Shown here piece after piece: positions 20,128 through 30,889 of a stretch of DNA of 64,000 bases. The DNA is from an uncultured delta proteobacterium (lineage in GTDB: Bacteria; Desulfobacterota; Desulfuromonadia; Geobacterales; Pseudopelobacteraceae). The translations under genes were made by a program, and so were the position numbers. The stretch lies in the NCBI GenBank assembly GCA_963772835.1, contig CAVYYZ010000024.1:96001-160000 (forward strand). The letters are read 5' to 3'. The notes beneath the pieces were generated by a model. The model did no database searches. It saw only the letters and a list, made by a program, of their open reading frames with translations, and was not told the DNA's origin. Position 1 is the first letter of the stretch. The number at the start of each line of letters is the position of its first letter.

Positions 20128-21525
20128 CTATTCCCCTTTTGTATGCTGCATAAGGTTCTTCAGTTCTGTCGCCACATTTTCCATGTTCATCCCGCGCGAC
20201 CCCTTGATAAGAATGACATCCCCTTCTGTTGCGGAATTGTGCAGTCGTCCGGCAATTTCCGAGTGGCTGGTGCAGCAGATGACGGCTCCTTCCGGCATAT
20301 CGGCCAGCAGGGCCCCTTCTGCAGCATATTTTACCATCCGTTCGCCTATCAGATAGAGGCGGTCGATATTCCTGCCGGCAACGGCCCCGACTCCCAGATG
20401 TGCTTCTGCCTCATGTTCTCCCAGTTCGAGCATGTCTCCAAGCACCGCAATACGGTGCCCGGCGGTTGATATTTGATTCAGGGTTTCCAGGGCCGCCTTT
20501 GTTGAAGCGGGGTTAGCGTTGTAGCAGTCGTCTATGAGCGTGATGCCGCCGAATCGTTCGATCTGGAAGCGCCCCTTGTACGGGGTGAAAAGTTCAAGCC
20601 CTGCGGCAATGGTCTGCAGATCAACCTTCTCCAAAAGAGCCGCGGTCGCGGCGAGAGCATTATAGATGTTATGGCGGCCACACGCTTTTAGAAAAACCGG
20701 AATTTCACCGTGCGGGGTGTGGAGCAGAAACTTCTGTCCCTCCAACCCCAATATCTCGATTTCCCGGGCGCGCACTTCGCCCCGATCGATACCGAAACTG
20801 ATCCGGCGGGCCGATGCGTTTTGTGATAGAGATGCAACACGAGGGTCGTCCGCATTAATAACCGCCAGACCGCCGTCGCTGATGCGGTACAGTAATTCGC
20901 CCTTGGCTGCTGCCACCGCTTCGACCGTTCCCATGGTCTGCAGATGCGCCGGCAGGGCATTCAGTACGATTCCGACACGAGGTGCTGCAATTGATGCGAG
21001 GCGGTCGATCTCGCCCGGTTCGCTCATCCCCATTTCCAGCACTGCCCAGCAATGCTCGGGCCGGAGTTGGAACAGCATCTGCGGCAGGCCGATCAGGTTA
21101 TTGAGATTACCGGATGTTTTGAGCCCCGGTCCGGTCAGATCGAGGATCGATCCCAGCATCTCCTTGACCGTTGTTTTGCCGTTGCTGCCGGTAACACCAA
21201 TGATCGGAATTTCGAAGCGTTTCCGCCACTCTGCCGCCAGATCACCCAGCGCGCGCAGGCTGTTTTTAACAACTATGCAGGTAATGGAATCGGGGATTGT
21301 ATGTCCCTTCAGCCATTGTTCGTCAGCGATGGCAAAGGATATTCCTTTGGCGGCGACATCGGTGATAAACTCGTGGCCATTAAAACGATCCCCGCGCAGC
21401 GCCACGAACAACTCTCCGGGAGCAACGGTGCGCGAATCCGTTGAAACTGCATTCACCTCTCCGGTCGCACTGCCGACGATACGCCCCCCGGTAGCGAGGG
21501 CTATTTCGCTGATTGTAAACATCAC
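20128..21525 (-). CDS. murF: UDP-MurNAc-tripeptide--D-Ala-D-Ala ligase
   Basis: TGSNGKTTVKE, NLNNLIGLP, DCYNANP, LGDMLELG, KGSRG. Confidence 0.98.
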   Translation of the reverse strand: MMFTISEIALATGGRIVGSATGEVNAVSTDSRTVAPGELFVALRGDRFNGHEFITDVAAKGISFAIADEQWLKGHTIPDSITCIVVKNSLRALGDLAAEWRKRFEIPIIGVTGSNGKTTVKEMLGSILDLTGPGLKTSGNLNNLIGLPQMLFQLRPEHCWAVLEMGMSEPGEIDRLASIAAPRVGIVLNALPAHLQTMGTVEAVAAAKGELLYRISDGGLAVINADDPRVASLSQNASARRISFGIDRGEVRAREIEILGLEGQKFLLHTPHGEIPVFLKACGRHNIYNALAATAALLEKVDLQTIAAGLELFTPYKGRFQIERFGGITLIDDCYNANPASTKAALETLNQISTAGHRIAVLGDMLELGEHEAEAHLGVGAVAGRNIDRLYLIGERMVKYAAEGALLADMPEGAVICCTSHSEIAGRLHNSATEGDVILIKGSRGMNMENVATELKNLMQHTKGE

Positions 21526-23045
21526 GCGGTTTTCTCCGTAAAGGCATTTGCTGCTTCTTCCCGGTCATCGAAATGGTGTTTAACGGTGCCGGTAATCTGA
21601 TAATCCTCATGCCCTTTGCCGGCCAACAGGACAATGTCACCGGTGCGTGCCAGATTGATCGCCAGCCGTATCGCCTCACGCCGGTTTTCCAATAACGTAA
21701 TGCCCTTTTCCGCAAATCCGCTATTCAGTTCGTCTGTCCGGTACTCACGGAGACCCAGCGGAGTAATGCCGGCCTTGATCTGCTGCAGGATGATTGACGG
21801 CTCCTCGGTGCGGGGGTTGTCTGAAGTGACGATCGCCAGATCGCTCATTGTCGCGGCGATTCTCCCCATGATCGGACGTTTGCCGTTGTCACGGTCTCCG
21901 CCGCATCCGAAAACGGTGATGATTCTTCCGACGGCGATCTCCTTCAGTGTGGTCAGGACGTTCTCCAGAGCGTCCCCCGTGTGGGCATAATCGACCAGAC
22001 AGGTCACACCGGAAGTGTTTTCCACACGTTCCATACGCCCCGGGACGGTGATATGGTTTTCAATGCCGAACTTTATTGCCTGAAGCGGAACTTCAAGGGC
22101 AACGCCGGCTGTAACGGCTGCCAGTATGTTGGACAGGTTGAAGCGGCCCAGTAGTTTCGAAGCGAATTCAAACGTCCCTGCAGGTGTAATCATGGTAGCG
22201 CAAATGCCGTTGACTGTGGAGGTCACGTCTCTCGGACGTACGTCATTACGCCCCTCTATCCCGAAGGAAATTACCGGGCAGGCACAGCGCCGGGCAATTT
22301 CTTCGCCATAAGGATCATCCATGTTTACGGCCGCCCGGCGGCGCGGTTTTTCAGGAGACGGTCTGAGCAGAGTACTGAAAAGCCGGCTTTTTGCATCCAG
22401 ATAGCGTTCCATCGTTACATGGTAATCCAGGTGATCACGAGTCAGATTGCTGAAAATACCGACGTCAAAATGACAGCCATCGACCCGCTTCTGCTCCAGA
22501 GCATGTGATGAGACCTCCATCACATACGCCTCTGCTCCCGCTTCTGCAAGCTGCCTGAAGGCACTTTGAAGTTCAGTTGATTCCGGTGTTGTGTGAGACG
22601 CTCCGATGATTGTGGCGCCAAAGCGGTAACTGATCGTACCGAGTACCGCCGTCTGATGTCCGGCCGCCGATAGAATCGCTTCTATCAGATACGTGGTTGT
22701 TGTCTTGCCGTTGGTGCCGGTGATGCCGATAAGCGGTCGTGTCGCAGTTGGATTCCCGTTGAAGAGAGCAGAAATATACCCCATTGCAGCACGCCCATCC
22801 GGCACCAATACCCAGGGTATTCCGTCCGGAGCGGATGCAGAGTCTTCGAGAACCACGGCAGACGCTCCTGCCGCTACGGCCGGTCCAATATAGCGATGCC
22901 CATCAGCCTGTGCACCGCGCAGTGCAAAAAAGAGAGCACCAGGTTTGACGGAGCGCGAGTCACAGGTCAGAGAGTCGATCGGAACAGTAATGTCCCCGTG
23001 TGCTTCAGTATCGGGCAGCTTTTCGAGCAGTTCACGCAGTGTCAT
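21522..23045 (-). CDS. murE: UDP-MurNAc-dipeptide--meso-DAP ligase
   Basis: [25 protein letters not shown] (DAP specificity), AGKGHE. Confidence 0.98.
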   Translation of the reverse strand: MTLRELLEKLPDTEAHGDITVPIDSLTCDSRSVKPGALFFALRGAQADGHRYIGPAVAAGASAVVLEDSASAPDGIPWVLVPDGRAAMGYISALFNGNPTATRPLIGITGTNGKTTTTYLIEAILSAAGHQTAVLGTISYRFGATIIGASHTTPESTELQSAFRQLAEAGAEAYVMEVSSHALEQKRVDGCHFDVGIFSNLTRDHLDYHVTMERYLDAKSRLFSTLLRPSPEKPRRRAAVNMDDPYGEEIARRCACPVISFGIEGRNDVRPRDVTSTVNGICATMITPAGTFEFASKLLGRFNLSNILAAVTAGVALEVPLQAIKFGIENHITVPGRMERVENTSGVTCLVDYAHTGDALENVLTTLKEIAVGRIITVFGCGGDRDNGKRPIMGRIAATMSDLAIVTSDNPRTEEPSIILQQIKAGITPLGLREYRTDELNSGFAEKGITLLENRREAIRLAINLARTGDIVLLAGKGHEDYQITGTVKHHFDDREEAANAFTEKTA

Positions 23046-23066
23046 GCGCTCTCCTGTAAACACGGT

Positions 23067-23091
23067 AAAACCTGCCGGTTATCCGGCAGGT
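23067..23091 (-). terminator. Terminator-like hairpin between ftsI and murE
   Basis: ACCTGCCGG-ATAA-CCGGCAGGT followed by TTT on the minus strand. Confidence 0.55.
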
Positions 23092-23102
23092 GAAGTTTGC
23101 AA

Positions 23103-25070
23103 TTAAGCTGAAGGGCTGAACTTTATCCAGACTTCGCCTTCTCCCCGGATCTTATGCCCGGGTGGGGGGCTTTGCTCGGCCGCCCGCCCGCTTCCCAGCA
23201 ACCTGATGTTGATGCCGCGTTTCTCCATCACCAACAGGACCCGGCGCATACTCATCCCACGGAAATTCGGCATAATCTCACCTTCGGCTGCGGTGTCCTG
23301 AAATTCCCCGTCTGATAACGATACAGCTGCCGGAGCGACGGTAGGTTTTGTCTCAGTATGTTTGGCTGATAAAGTTGTCGGCATATTCGGCTGTATCTTT
23401 AGATATGCCAGTGAACTCTGCGCGATTCCGCGAAATGCGGGAGCGGCGACAACACCGCCGTATTTTACACCTTGCGGCTCATCAATAATAACGGCTATCG
23501 TCAATTTAGGGTTGTCTGCCGGTACAAAGCCTACAAAAGAGCCGATCCGCTTTGTTGGAGAGTATGTCCGCGTGATCGGATCCACCTTCTGCGCTGTTCC
23601 TGTTTTTCCTGCGACACGGTAGCCGTCGAGCGCTGCTTTCGTGCCGGTACCGCCCTCGCCGGTGACCGTTTCCATCATTTTTGTCACTGTTTGTGAGGTT
23701 TCGGGGGTGATGACCCGCCGCACAATCTGCGGTTCAAATCTCTGTACTGTCGTCCCGCTTTCGTCGAGAATCTGTTCCACCAGGTACGGCCTCATCAGGT
23801 TGCCGCCGTTGGCAATGGCTGAGAGCGCTGAAGTCAGTTGGATGGCGGAAAGTGATACGCCCTGCCCAAAGGAGATCGTTGCAAGGTCGATCCCGTACCA
23901 GTGTTTTTTCAGGCTCCCGTATGCCTCACCCGGCAGGTCAATACCGGTGCGTCCACCAAAACCGAAGTTACGAAGATAGGCTGATAACTTTTCCTCTCCC
24001 ATTTTGAAGCCGATTTTCGCCGATCCGATGTTGCTGGAATATTTAATAATTTCAGAAACGGTCAGTCGTGATTGAGGATGATCGTCATGTATGGTCCGGT
24101 CTGCAATATGATAGGTGCCGTTTTCACAGTTATACACATCGGTCGCCTTGACGGTCCCTGAATCAACGGCTGAGGCGATGGTGAAAACCTTAAAAGTCGA
24201 ACCTGGCTCAAAACTGTCTGCAACAACATGATTGCGCAGTTGTGCAGCCGAATAGTGAGAAATGGCATTCGGGTTGAACGTCGGGTAGTTTGCCATGGCC
24301 AGAATTTTGCCGGTATCCGATTCCATAACCAGCGCCATTCCGCTCTTGGCGTTGCTCCCGATTACGGCCTTGGCCAGCTCTTTTTCGGCTATAAACTGAA
24401 TGGTCTTGTCGAGGGTCAGGACAACGCTTTTGCCGGGAGAAGAGTCCTTAATGACCGTATTCATTATACCGATATTTCTGCCAAGAGCATCTCTCTCGGT
24501 TATCATATAGCCGGTATTGCCCAGAATGGTATTGTCGTATTTGAGCTCGATCCCATCCAGGCCGTCAGGGTCGCGTCCTGTGAAACCTATGACATGTGCT
24601 GCGATCTCCATATTGGGGTAGAACCGCTTTGATTCTGCCACAAACCCGATCCCGGGCAGTTTCATGTTCCTGATCCGGGTCGCGATATCGGGCGCGAGAC
24701 AACGCTCAAGCCAGATGAAAGATTTTTTTACCGAAAGCCGCGTGACCAGTTCTGCTTTCGGAATGCCGAGAATCGGGGCCAGCACTCCGGCGGTTCCATC
24801 AACATCCTTGATGTTGCGGGGTTCGGCATAGCAGGAATCCATATGAATCGATTCAGCCAGCGTCGTGCCGTTACGATCAAGGATACTCCCGCGTGCCGGG
24901 GTGAGGTCAACTTTATGTTGATGCTGTTTATCAGCTTTTTTAATGAGGGTTTCGTGCTGGAGTATTTGCAGGTAGAACGCGCGTCCGACCACGGTCAGGA
25001 ACAGCAGGCCGAAAACAGTGCCGATCATGATAATCCGGATGCGTGCCCATTTTTCCCGTTCGTCTTTCAT
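23103..25070 (-). CDS. ftsI: Penicillin-binding protein 3 with C-terminal PASTA domain
   Basis: RGSILDRNG, SxxK (STFK), SSN, KTG; MPNFRGMS PASTA start. Confidence 0.97.
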   Translation of the reverse strand: MKDEREKWARIRIIMIGTVFGLLFLTVVGRAFYLQILQHETLIKKADKQHQHKVDLTPARGSILDRNGTTLAESIHMDSCYAEPRNIKDVDGTAGVLAPILGIPKAELVTRLSVKKSFIWLERCLAPDIATRIRNMKLPGIGFVAESKRFYPNMEIAAHVIGFTGRDPDGLDGIELKYDNTILGNTGYMITERDALGRNIGIMNTVIKDSSPGKSVVLTLDKTIQFIAEKELAKAVIGSNAKSGMALVMESDTGKILAMANYPTFNPNAISHYSAAQLRNHVVADSFEPGSTFKVFTIASAVDSGTVKATDVYNCENGTYHIADRTIHDDHPQSRLTVSEIIKYSSNIGSAKIGFKMGEEKLSAYLRNFGFGGRTGIDLPGEAYGSLKKHWYGIDLATISFGQGVSLSAIQLTSALSAIANGGNLMRPYLVEQILDESGTTVQRFEPQIVRRVITPETSQTVTKMMETVTGEGGTGTKAALDGYRVAGKTGTAQKVDPITRTYSPTKRIGSFVGFVPADNPKLTIAVIIDEPQGVKYGGVVAAPAFRGIAQSSLAYLKIQPNMPTTLSAKHTETKPTVAPAAVSLSDGEFQDTAAEGEIMPNFRGMSMRRVLLVMEKRGINIRLLGSGRAAEQSPPPGHKIRGEGEVWIKFSPSA

Positions 25071-25408
25071 TTGACGTGAATGACCTGATGCTCGGTCGGC
25101 AGGGCCATCCCCAGTTCGTTCTTGGCAATGGTTTCAATGCGGCCCGGTGCCATCAGCGAGGCGGCCTCGAGTCGTAGCCGCTTCTGTTCCTGTCCTGCTT
25201 CGCTCAACTGGCGGCTGATCTCTGACATCTGCAGGTTAAGGTCAACCAGTTTGAAGCGTGACCAGACGTGGAACACGGAGACTATTGTAAAAATGACCAT
25301 GCAGACCATAAGATATTTAAACAGATCAATCCGATGCGGTGTAACTTCCAGACCGCCAAGGGCGCGCGGTGCGGCAACTTTAGTATAATCTGTCCGTGCT
25401 TGTGCCAT
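25067..25408 (-). CDS. ftsL: Cell division protein FtsL
   Basis: Single TM plus leucine coiled coil, RIETIAKNELGM; between rsmH and ftsI. Confidence 0.9.
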   Translation of the reverse strand: MAQARTDYTKVAAPRALGGLEVTPHRIDLFKYLMVCMVIFTIVSVFHVWSRFKLVDLNLQMSEISRQLSEAGQEQKRLRLEAASLMAPGRIETIAKNELGMALPTEHQVIHVK

Positions 25409-25427
25409 AATGTTTACCTCGAGTGAG

Positions 25428-26363
25428 TTACAACTTTTCTACTGCCCGCAGTTTGGCGCTGCGCGCCCGCGGATTGTTATCTGTTTCCATCTGCGTCGCC
25501 GTCACCGGACGCCCGGTCAGGATTTTCACTCTCGGCAGTTTGCCGCAGACACAGATCGGCAACTGTCGTGGGCAGGTGCACCCTTCTGCATATTCCCGAA
25601 AGATGTGCTTGACTATCCTGTCCTCCAGAGAATGAAATGAAATAATTACTCCGCGACCGCCCGGTTTCAGCAGGTCAAGAGCCGCACGCATTCCCTGCTC
25701 AAGGCTGCTCAATTCACTGTTAACTGCAATCCGAAGCGCCTGAAAGGTGCGGGTTGCCGGGTGGATCCGCTCATCCCACTTGGCCTTGGGGACCGCCCCT
25801 TTGATGATATCCACAAGCCGGAAAGTCGTTGCTATACGCGACTCTGTACGCTCCCTGACGATGAAGGCGGCGATTCTTTTTGCCCAGCGCTCCTCGCCAT
25901 ATTCAAGAATAATTCTCTCCAGCTCCGCTTCCGGCAGACCATTAACCAGATCCGCTGCGGTTTCGCCGCTGCTGGTGTCCATCCGCATATCCAGAGGAGC
26001 CTCTTGCTGAAAGCTGAAACCGCGTTCTCTCGTATCCAGCTGATGCGATGAAACACCAAGATCAAGGATGAAACCATCGAGCTCCGTTATGCCAAGAGTG
26101 TTCAGATGTCCGGCAACATTGGCAAAGTCACCATGCAGCAGTCGGACGTTGTCACCATGCACCGCGAGCCGCGTACCTGCTGCAGACAATGCCGACTGAT
26201 CGCGGTCGATGCCGATCAAAAGTGCTCCAGGCGCTTTTTCAAGGATCAAAGCGGCATGTCCGCCTCCGCCTAACGTGCCGTCAAGATAGGTTTTGCCGCC
26301 TGCCGGTTCCAGAAAGCGGATGACTTCTTCCGGTAGAACCGAGAGATGATGGAACCCCGCCAC
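25428..26363 (-). CDS. rsmH: 16S rRNA m4C1402 methyltransferase
   Basis: [40 protein letters not shown]. Confidence 0.98.
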   Translation of the reverse strand: MAGFHHLSVLPEEVIRFLEPAGGKTYLDGTLGGGGHAALILEKAPGALLIGIDRDQSALSAAGTRLAVHGDNVRLLHGDFANVAGHLNTLGITELDGFILDLGVSSHQLDTRERGFSFQQEAPLDMRMDTSSGETAADLVNGLPEAELERIILEYGEERWAKRIAAFIVRERTESRIATTFRLVDIIKGAVPKAKWDERIHPATRTFQALRIAVNSELSSLEQGMRAALDLLKPGGRGVIISFHSLEDRIVKHIFREYAEGCTCPRQLPICVCGKLPRVKILTGRPVTATQMETDNNPRARSAKLRAVEKL

Positions 26364-26845
26364 TAGAGACCAAGCTCTGCGGCCGCTTCAGTCCCGCTCG
26401 GGAAGTTTTTCACATCCTGGGCGCGGACCTTATCCCATTCGCTCATGCTCCATATTTCAATTTTGTCCATCGTGCCGACGAACTGGATTTCCCGATCGAG
26501 GGCCGCGGTTTTACGGAACGTCGGTGGGATGAGAAAGCGTCCCAGCTTGTCCGCAGAACACTCCTGAGCTGGTGAAATAATCGTGCGCAGGATGCTCTTG
26601 CGTTGTTCCGAAGTGAATCCTTTGCTGACACGAAAATTTTCCTCAAAGATGAACCATTCTTTATAGGGAAAAATCAGCAGGCCGGAACTGTGCAGTCCGT
26701 TTCCCAGATCGACCGGGACCGAATTGGTCAGGAAAAAGCGCTCGTCACCATGCGTATCAACGAGGGTCTCCCTGAATCTGGCCGGCAGACTGGTGCGCCC
26801 CTTGGCGTCTATGGTTGTCTCGAAAATTCCTCTGAACATGGTCAT
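26363..26845 (-). CDS. mraZ: Transcriptional regulator MraZ
   Basis: MFRG..TIDAKGR, second DKLGR repeat, KIEIW; head of the dcw cluster. Confidence 0.95.
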   Translation of the reverse strand: MTMFRGIFETTIDAKGRTSLPARFRETLVDTHGDERFFLTNSVPVDLGNGLHSSGLLIFPYKEWFIFEENFRVSKGFTSEQRKSILRTIISPAQECSADKLGRFLIPPTFRKTAALDREIQFVGTMDKIEIWSMSEWDKVRAQDVKNFPSGTEAAAELGL

Positions 26846-26860
26846 CTCATTGGCATTATT

Positions 26861-26890
26861 TTCCACAATGTTCCACTTTTTTCCACAGTA
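26861..26890 (-). promoter_or_regulatory. MraZ-binding direct repeats
   Basis: Three GTGGAA units with exact 10-nt period (TTCCAC at 26861, 26871, 26881) just upstream of mraZ. Confidence 0.85.
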
Positions 26891-27030
26891 TGGGAACTTA
26901 TACCGGTGGTCAAGGGGCATGTCAATATAAAATATGAATTTTGTAGGGGAAAATTGTACATGCGGTGTGGGTGAATTCTGGTATATTGAAGGGTGAAAAT
27001 ATCAAATCTGCTACAACTTCAGGAGAACCG

Positions 27031-28203
27031 ATGAGTATGATGGTGTCACCGCTTATTTCCAGCGTTCACTTTCCCCCGATTTCCGAGGTAAAGTCCTGGC
27101 TGGCCGGGCGGCCGAACGATGGCCAGCAACTGATCGATCTCTGCCAGGCGGTGCCTGATTACGTTCCCGCTCTGGAATTGACGGAGCACCTTGCCCTGTT
27201 GCTGAGCGACCCCCAGCTCTCTAAATATTCGTCCGATGAGGGACTGCCGGAGGTGCGTGAGGCGATCTGCAGCTATTACGGCAGAAAATACGGTGCGACG
27301 CTGTCACCGGAAAATTTATGCCTGACAATTGGCGCCAGCCAGGCGTTCTGGCTGGCGATAGTTACCCTCTGCTGTGCTGGTGACGAGATTATTGTGCAGG
27401 CCCCCTATTACTTTGACCATCCCATGGCCCTTGATATCCTCGGTATTCGAGGGGTTTATGCTCCTTTTGTCGAGGCTGAGGGTGGGATTCCCAATCCGGC
27501 GACCATTGAAAGCATGATCACTCTCCGGACCAGGGCAATTCTTGTTGTCTCCCCCAGTAATCCGACGGGTGCCATTACACCTCCGGAGGTGATTCGTGAG
27601 CTGTTTGATATCGCCCGGCGCAACAATATCGCCCTGATTCTGGATGAAACCTATAACGAATTCATCCCTGGCGGTCTCTGCCCGCACGACCTGTTCAGCG
27701 ACCCGGCCTGGGGGGACCATTTTGTGCACATCGCCTCCTTCGGCAAGACCTATGCCCTGACCGGCTTCCGTGCAGGAATGCTCACTGCTTCAAAAGCGTT
27801 CATCCATCACGCACTCAAGGCGCAGGACACTATGGCGGTCTGCCAGCCGCGCATAACGCAGCACGCGATCAGGTACGGTGTTGAGCATCTCGACCTGTGG
27901 GTTGCAGCAAACCGGGAAATGATGAGTCGTCGGCACGACCTGTTTCGCTCCGAATTTATGAAGCCGGGCAACCGGTTCCGGCTGACGGCAAGCGGCGCCT
28001 TCTTCGCCTGGGTACGTCATCCGTTCAACGGTTGCAGCGGCCGGCAGGTAGCGAAACGACTGGTGGATGAAGCCGCCGTCCTCTGTCTGCCGGGCGAAGT
28101 GTTCGGTCCCGGTTTGGAGAGGTACCTGAGGCTGGCGTTCGGAAACATCCGTGAAGAAGACATTCCCGAGGCGGTCCGGCGGTTCCGGGAGATGAAGGAG
28201 TGA
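27031..28203 (+). CDS. Class I/II PLP-dependent aminotransferase
   Basis: SPSNPTG, LDETY, SFGKTYALTGFRAG, YLRLAF. Confidence 0.93.
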   Translation: MSMMVSPLISSVHFPPISEVKSWLAGRPNDGQQLIDLCQAVPDYVPALELTEHLALLLSDPQLSKYSSDEGLPEVREAICSYYGRKYGATLSPENLCLTIGASQAFWLAIVTLCCAGDEIIVQAPYYFDHPMALDILGIRGVYAPFVEAEGGIPNPATIESMITLRTRAILVVSPSNPTGAITPPEVIRELFDIARRNNIALILDETYNEFIPGGLCPHDLFSDPAWGDHFVHIASFGKTYALTGFRAGMLTASKAFIHHALKAQDTMAVCQPRITQHAIRYGVEHLDLWVAANREMMSRRHDLFRSEFMKPGNRFRLTASGAFFAWVRHPFNGCSGRQVAKRLVDEAAVLCLPGEVFGPGLERYLRLAFGNIREEDIPEAVRRFREMKE

Positions 28204-28338
28204 TCAGAAAATCGATGGAGAGTTTATTGCGAATTGCCAACTATCGTAAAAAAGTGTACGGTTCTTGACCAAAAACAGTGGAAAACTATACACACTACCT
28301 GCACGTGGACACCCGCTGCAGCAGAAAAGGAATCAGAA

Positions 28339-30843
28339 ATGGTAAGAAAGAAACGTAAAACAATCAGCTCGCCCGGTTTGACTGAGCTGCCCCCGCTCCC
28401 TCTGGACGCTTCCGGCCTGGTCCATGATTATCGGCGCTATTTCACGTACAGTCTCGGTCAGAATAAATACAGCCATTCAGTCAATTATTTTTACAAAGCT
28501 CTCGCGCTGACTGTTCGGGACCGCTTGATGGAACGCTGGAAGAAGACCCGCTATACCTACATTGAGTCTCACTGCAAACGGGGGTATTACCTCTCTCTGG
28601 AATTTCTGATGGGGAGGACACTCGGTAATGCCATGCTGAATCTCGGCATTACAGATACCGCTACGCAGGCAATGCATCAACTTGGCATCAATCTGGAGGA
28701 CCTTGCCGAAGCAGAGAATGATGCCGGACTGGGCAACGGCGGCCTCGGGCGATTGGCGGCATGCTTCCTGGACAGCTGTGCCACCCTGCAGCTTCCGGTC
28801 ATGGGGTACGGCATCCGATATGAATACGGCATGTTCCGCCAGCGTATTGTGGATGGCTACCAGATGGAAGAGCCGGACCACTGGCTGCGGGACGGTAACC
28901 CGTGGGAACAGGAACGCCCCGAGTTTGTCCAGAACGTCCGCTTCGGAGGGCGCAGTGAACATTACCGCACCGAGGCCGGAGAACCGCGTGTCCGCTGGGT
29001 CGACAGTCGGGATGTGCTGGCGGTCCCTTACGATATTCCGATCCCCGGGTATCGTAACGGCACGGTCAATACGCTTCGGCTCTGGAAAGCAGCCGCCACT
29101 GATGCGTTCGACCTGGGTGAGTTCAACGCCGGTGACTATGCCGAATCGGTGGCCACCAAGAATGAAGCCGAAAATATTACGATGGTGCTGTACCCGAACG
29201 ATGCAAGTGAAAACGGCAAGGTGCTCCGCCTCCGCCAGCAATATTTCCTCGCTTCGGCCAGCCTCCAGGATGTCGTCGACCGCTGGGATATGGTGCGCAA
29301 AGGCGACTTCACGGATTTTGCTTCGAACAACTGTTTCCAGTTGAATGACACCCACCCAAGCTGCGCCGTTCCTGAGCTGATGCGCATTCTGATGGATGAC
29401 CAGGGCATGGACTGGGATCAGGCATGGGGGGTCACCAGCCGTACGATGGCGTACACCAACCATACCCTCCTTCCGGAAGCGCTCGAAAAATGGCCGTTAC
29501 CGCTCTTCGGGCAGCTTCTGCCGCGGATTCTGGAGATTGTTCTGGAGATCAATGCCCGTTTCATGATGGAAGTGTCCAGTCACTGGCCCGGTGATAATGA
29601 GCGCATGAGACGCATGTCGATTATTGAAGAGGGTGCAGTTCCCCATGTACGGATGGCGTATCTTGCCATAGTGGGGAGTTTTTCCGTAAACGGTGTTGCC
29701 GCTCTGCACTCGCAGCTGCTGGTTCAGGGGCTGTTTCGGGATTTTTATGAACTCTGGCCATTCAAATTTAACAATAAAACCAACGGAGTGACGCCACGTC
29801 GGTGGATAGCCCACTGTAATCCAGGCTTGAGCGAGCTGGTAACCGGGAAAATCGGCGATGCCTGGGTAGCAGATCTGCAGCAGATTAACACGATTGCAGA
29901 ACATGCCGATGACCCTGAATTCAGGCTGTCCTGGCATGACGTGAAACAGGCCAACAAGGAGCGGCTCTCTGCTCTTGTTCAGGCCAAATGCAACGTCACA
30001 TTCAACCCTGAAGGGCTGTTTGATGTCCAGGTCAAGCGAATTCATGAGTATAAGCGCCAGCTTCTCAATATACTGCATGTAATCCATCTCTATGACCGGA
30101 TCAAGCGCGGCGACACAGCGGGCTGGACCAATCGCTGTGTGCTGATCGGCGGGAAAGCGGCACCCGGCTATGCAATGGCAAAACTTATCATCAAGCTGAT
30201 CAATAACGTTGCCGGAGTGATCAATGCCGATCCGGCCGTCGGCGATAAGCTTAAAGTAGCGTTTCTGCCCAACTACAGTGTGACCGCCATGGAAGTTATC
30301 TGCCCCGGCACCGATCTTTCGGAGCAGTTGTCGACAGCCGGCAAGGAGGCGTCAGGTACCGGGAACATGAAGTTCATGATGAATGGCGCCTTAACTATCG
30401 GTACCTTGGATGGAGCCAATATCGAAATCCGTGAAGAGGTCGGTGAAGGCAATTTCTTCATGTTTGGCCTGACGAGCGAAGAGGTGGATGAACTGCGCTG
30501 GAACTATGATCCGCACGGGATCATCAGCCGCGACGATGACTTGCAGCGGGTCATGAATCTTCTCCGCTGCGGTCACTTCAGTCTGTTTGAGGCGGCTCTT
30601 TTTGAACCGATTATCAACGCAATCTGCTCCTCCACCGACCCATGGATGGTCGCAGCAGATTTCCGCAGCTTTGTCGATGCCCAGCAGCTGGTGGCAACAG
30701 CGTATCAGGATCGCGAGCGTTGGACCCGTATGAGCATTATCAACACCGCCTGCAGCGGAAAATTTTCCACTGACCGGACGATCAGCAACTATAATGAGGA
30801 TATCTGGCATCTGAAGACGATGCCGATCGAAGCTGCGGAATAA
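28339..30843 (+). CDS. glgP: Glycogen/starch phosphorylase
   Basis: GLGNGGLGRLAAC, QLNDTHP, KRIHEYKRQ, EASGTGNMK. Confidence 0.98.
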   Translation: MVRKKRKTISSPGLTELPPLPLDASGLVHDYRRYFTYSLGQNKYSHSVNYFYKALALTVRDRLMERWKKTRYTYIESHCKRGYYLSLEFLMGRTLGNAMLNLGITDTATQAMHQLGINLEDLAEAENDAGLGNGGLGRLAACFLDSCATLQLPVMGYGIRYEYGMFRQRIVDGYQMEEPDHWLRDGNPWEQERPEFVQNVRFGGRSEHYRTEAGEPRVRWVDSRDVLAVPYDIPIPGYRNGTVNTLRLWKAAATDAFDLGEFNAGDYAESVATKNEAENITMVLYPNDASENGKVLRLRQQYFLASASLQDVVDRWDMVRKGDFTDFASNNCFQLNDTHPSCAVPELMRILMDDQGMDWDQAWGVTSRTMAYTNHTLLPEALEKWPLPLFGQLLPRILEIVLEINARFMMEVSSHWPGDNERMRRMSIIEEGAVPHVRMAYLAIVGSFSVNGVAALHSQLLVQGLFRDFYELWPFKFNNKTNGVTPRRWIAHCNPGLSELVTGKIGDAWVADLQQINTIAEHADDPEFRLSWHDVKQANKERLSALVQAKCNVTFNPEGLFDVQVKRIHEYKRQLLNILHVIHLYDRIKRGDTAGWTNRCVLIGGKAAPGYAMAKLIIKLINNVAGVINADPAVGDKLKVAFLPNYSVTAMEVICPGTDLSEQLSTAGKEASGTGNMKFMMNGALTIGTLDGANIEIREEVGEGNFFMFGLTSEEVDELRWNYDPHGIISRDDDLQRVMNLLRCGHFSLFEAALFEPIINAICSSTDPWMVAADFRSFVDAQQLVATAYQDRERWTRMSIINTACSGKFSTDRTISNYNEDIWHLKTMPIEAAE

Positions 30844-30889
30844 TCCGAATGTGACTGAACATGCGGAAGGACCAAGGTCCCGGGTGACC

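Noticed and set aside
28477..29463. 328-aa antisense ORF within glgP
   Set aside because: No motifs; explained by codon bias of the sense gene
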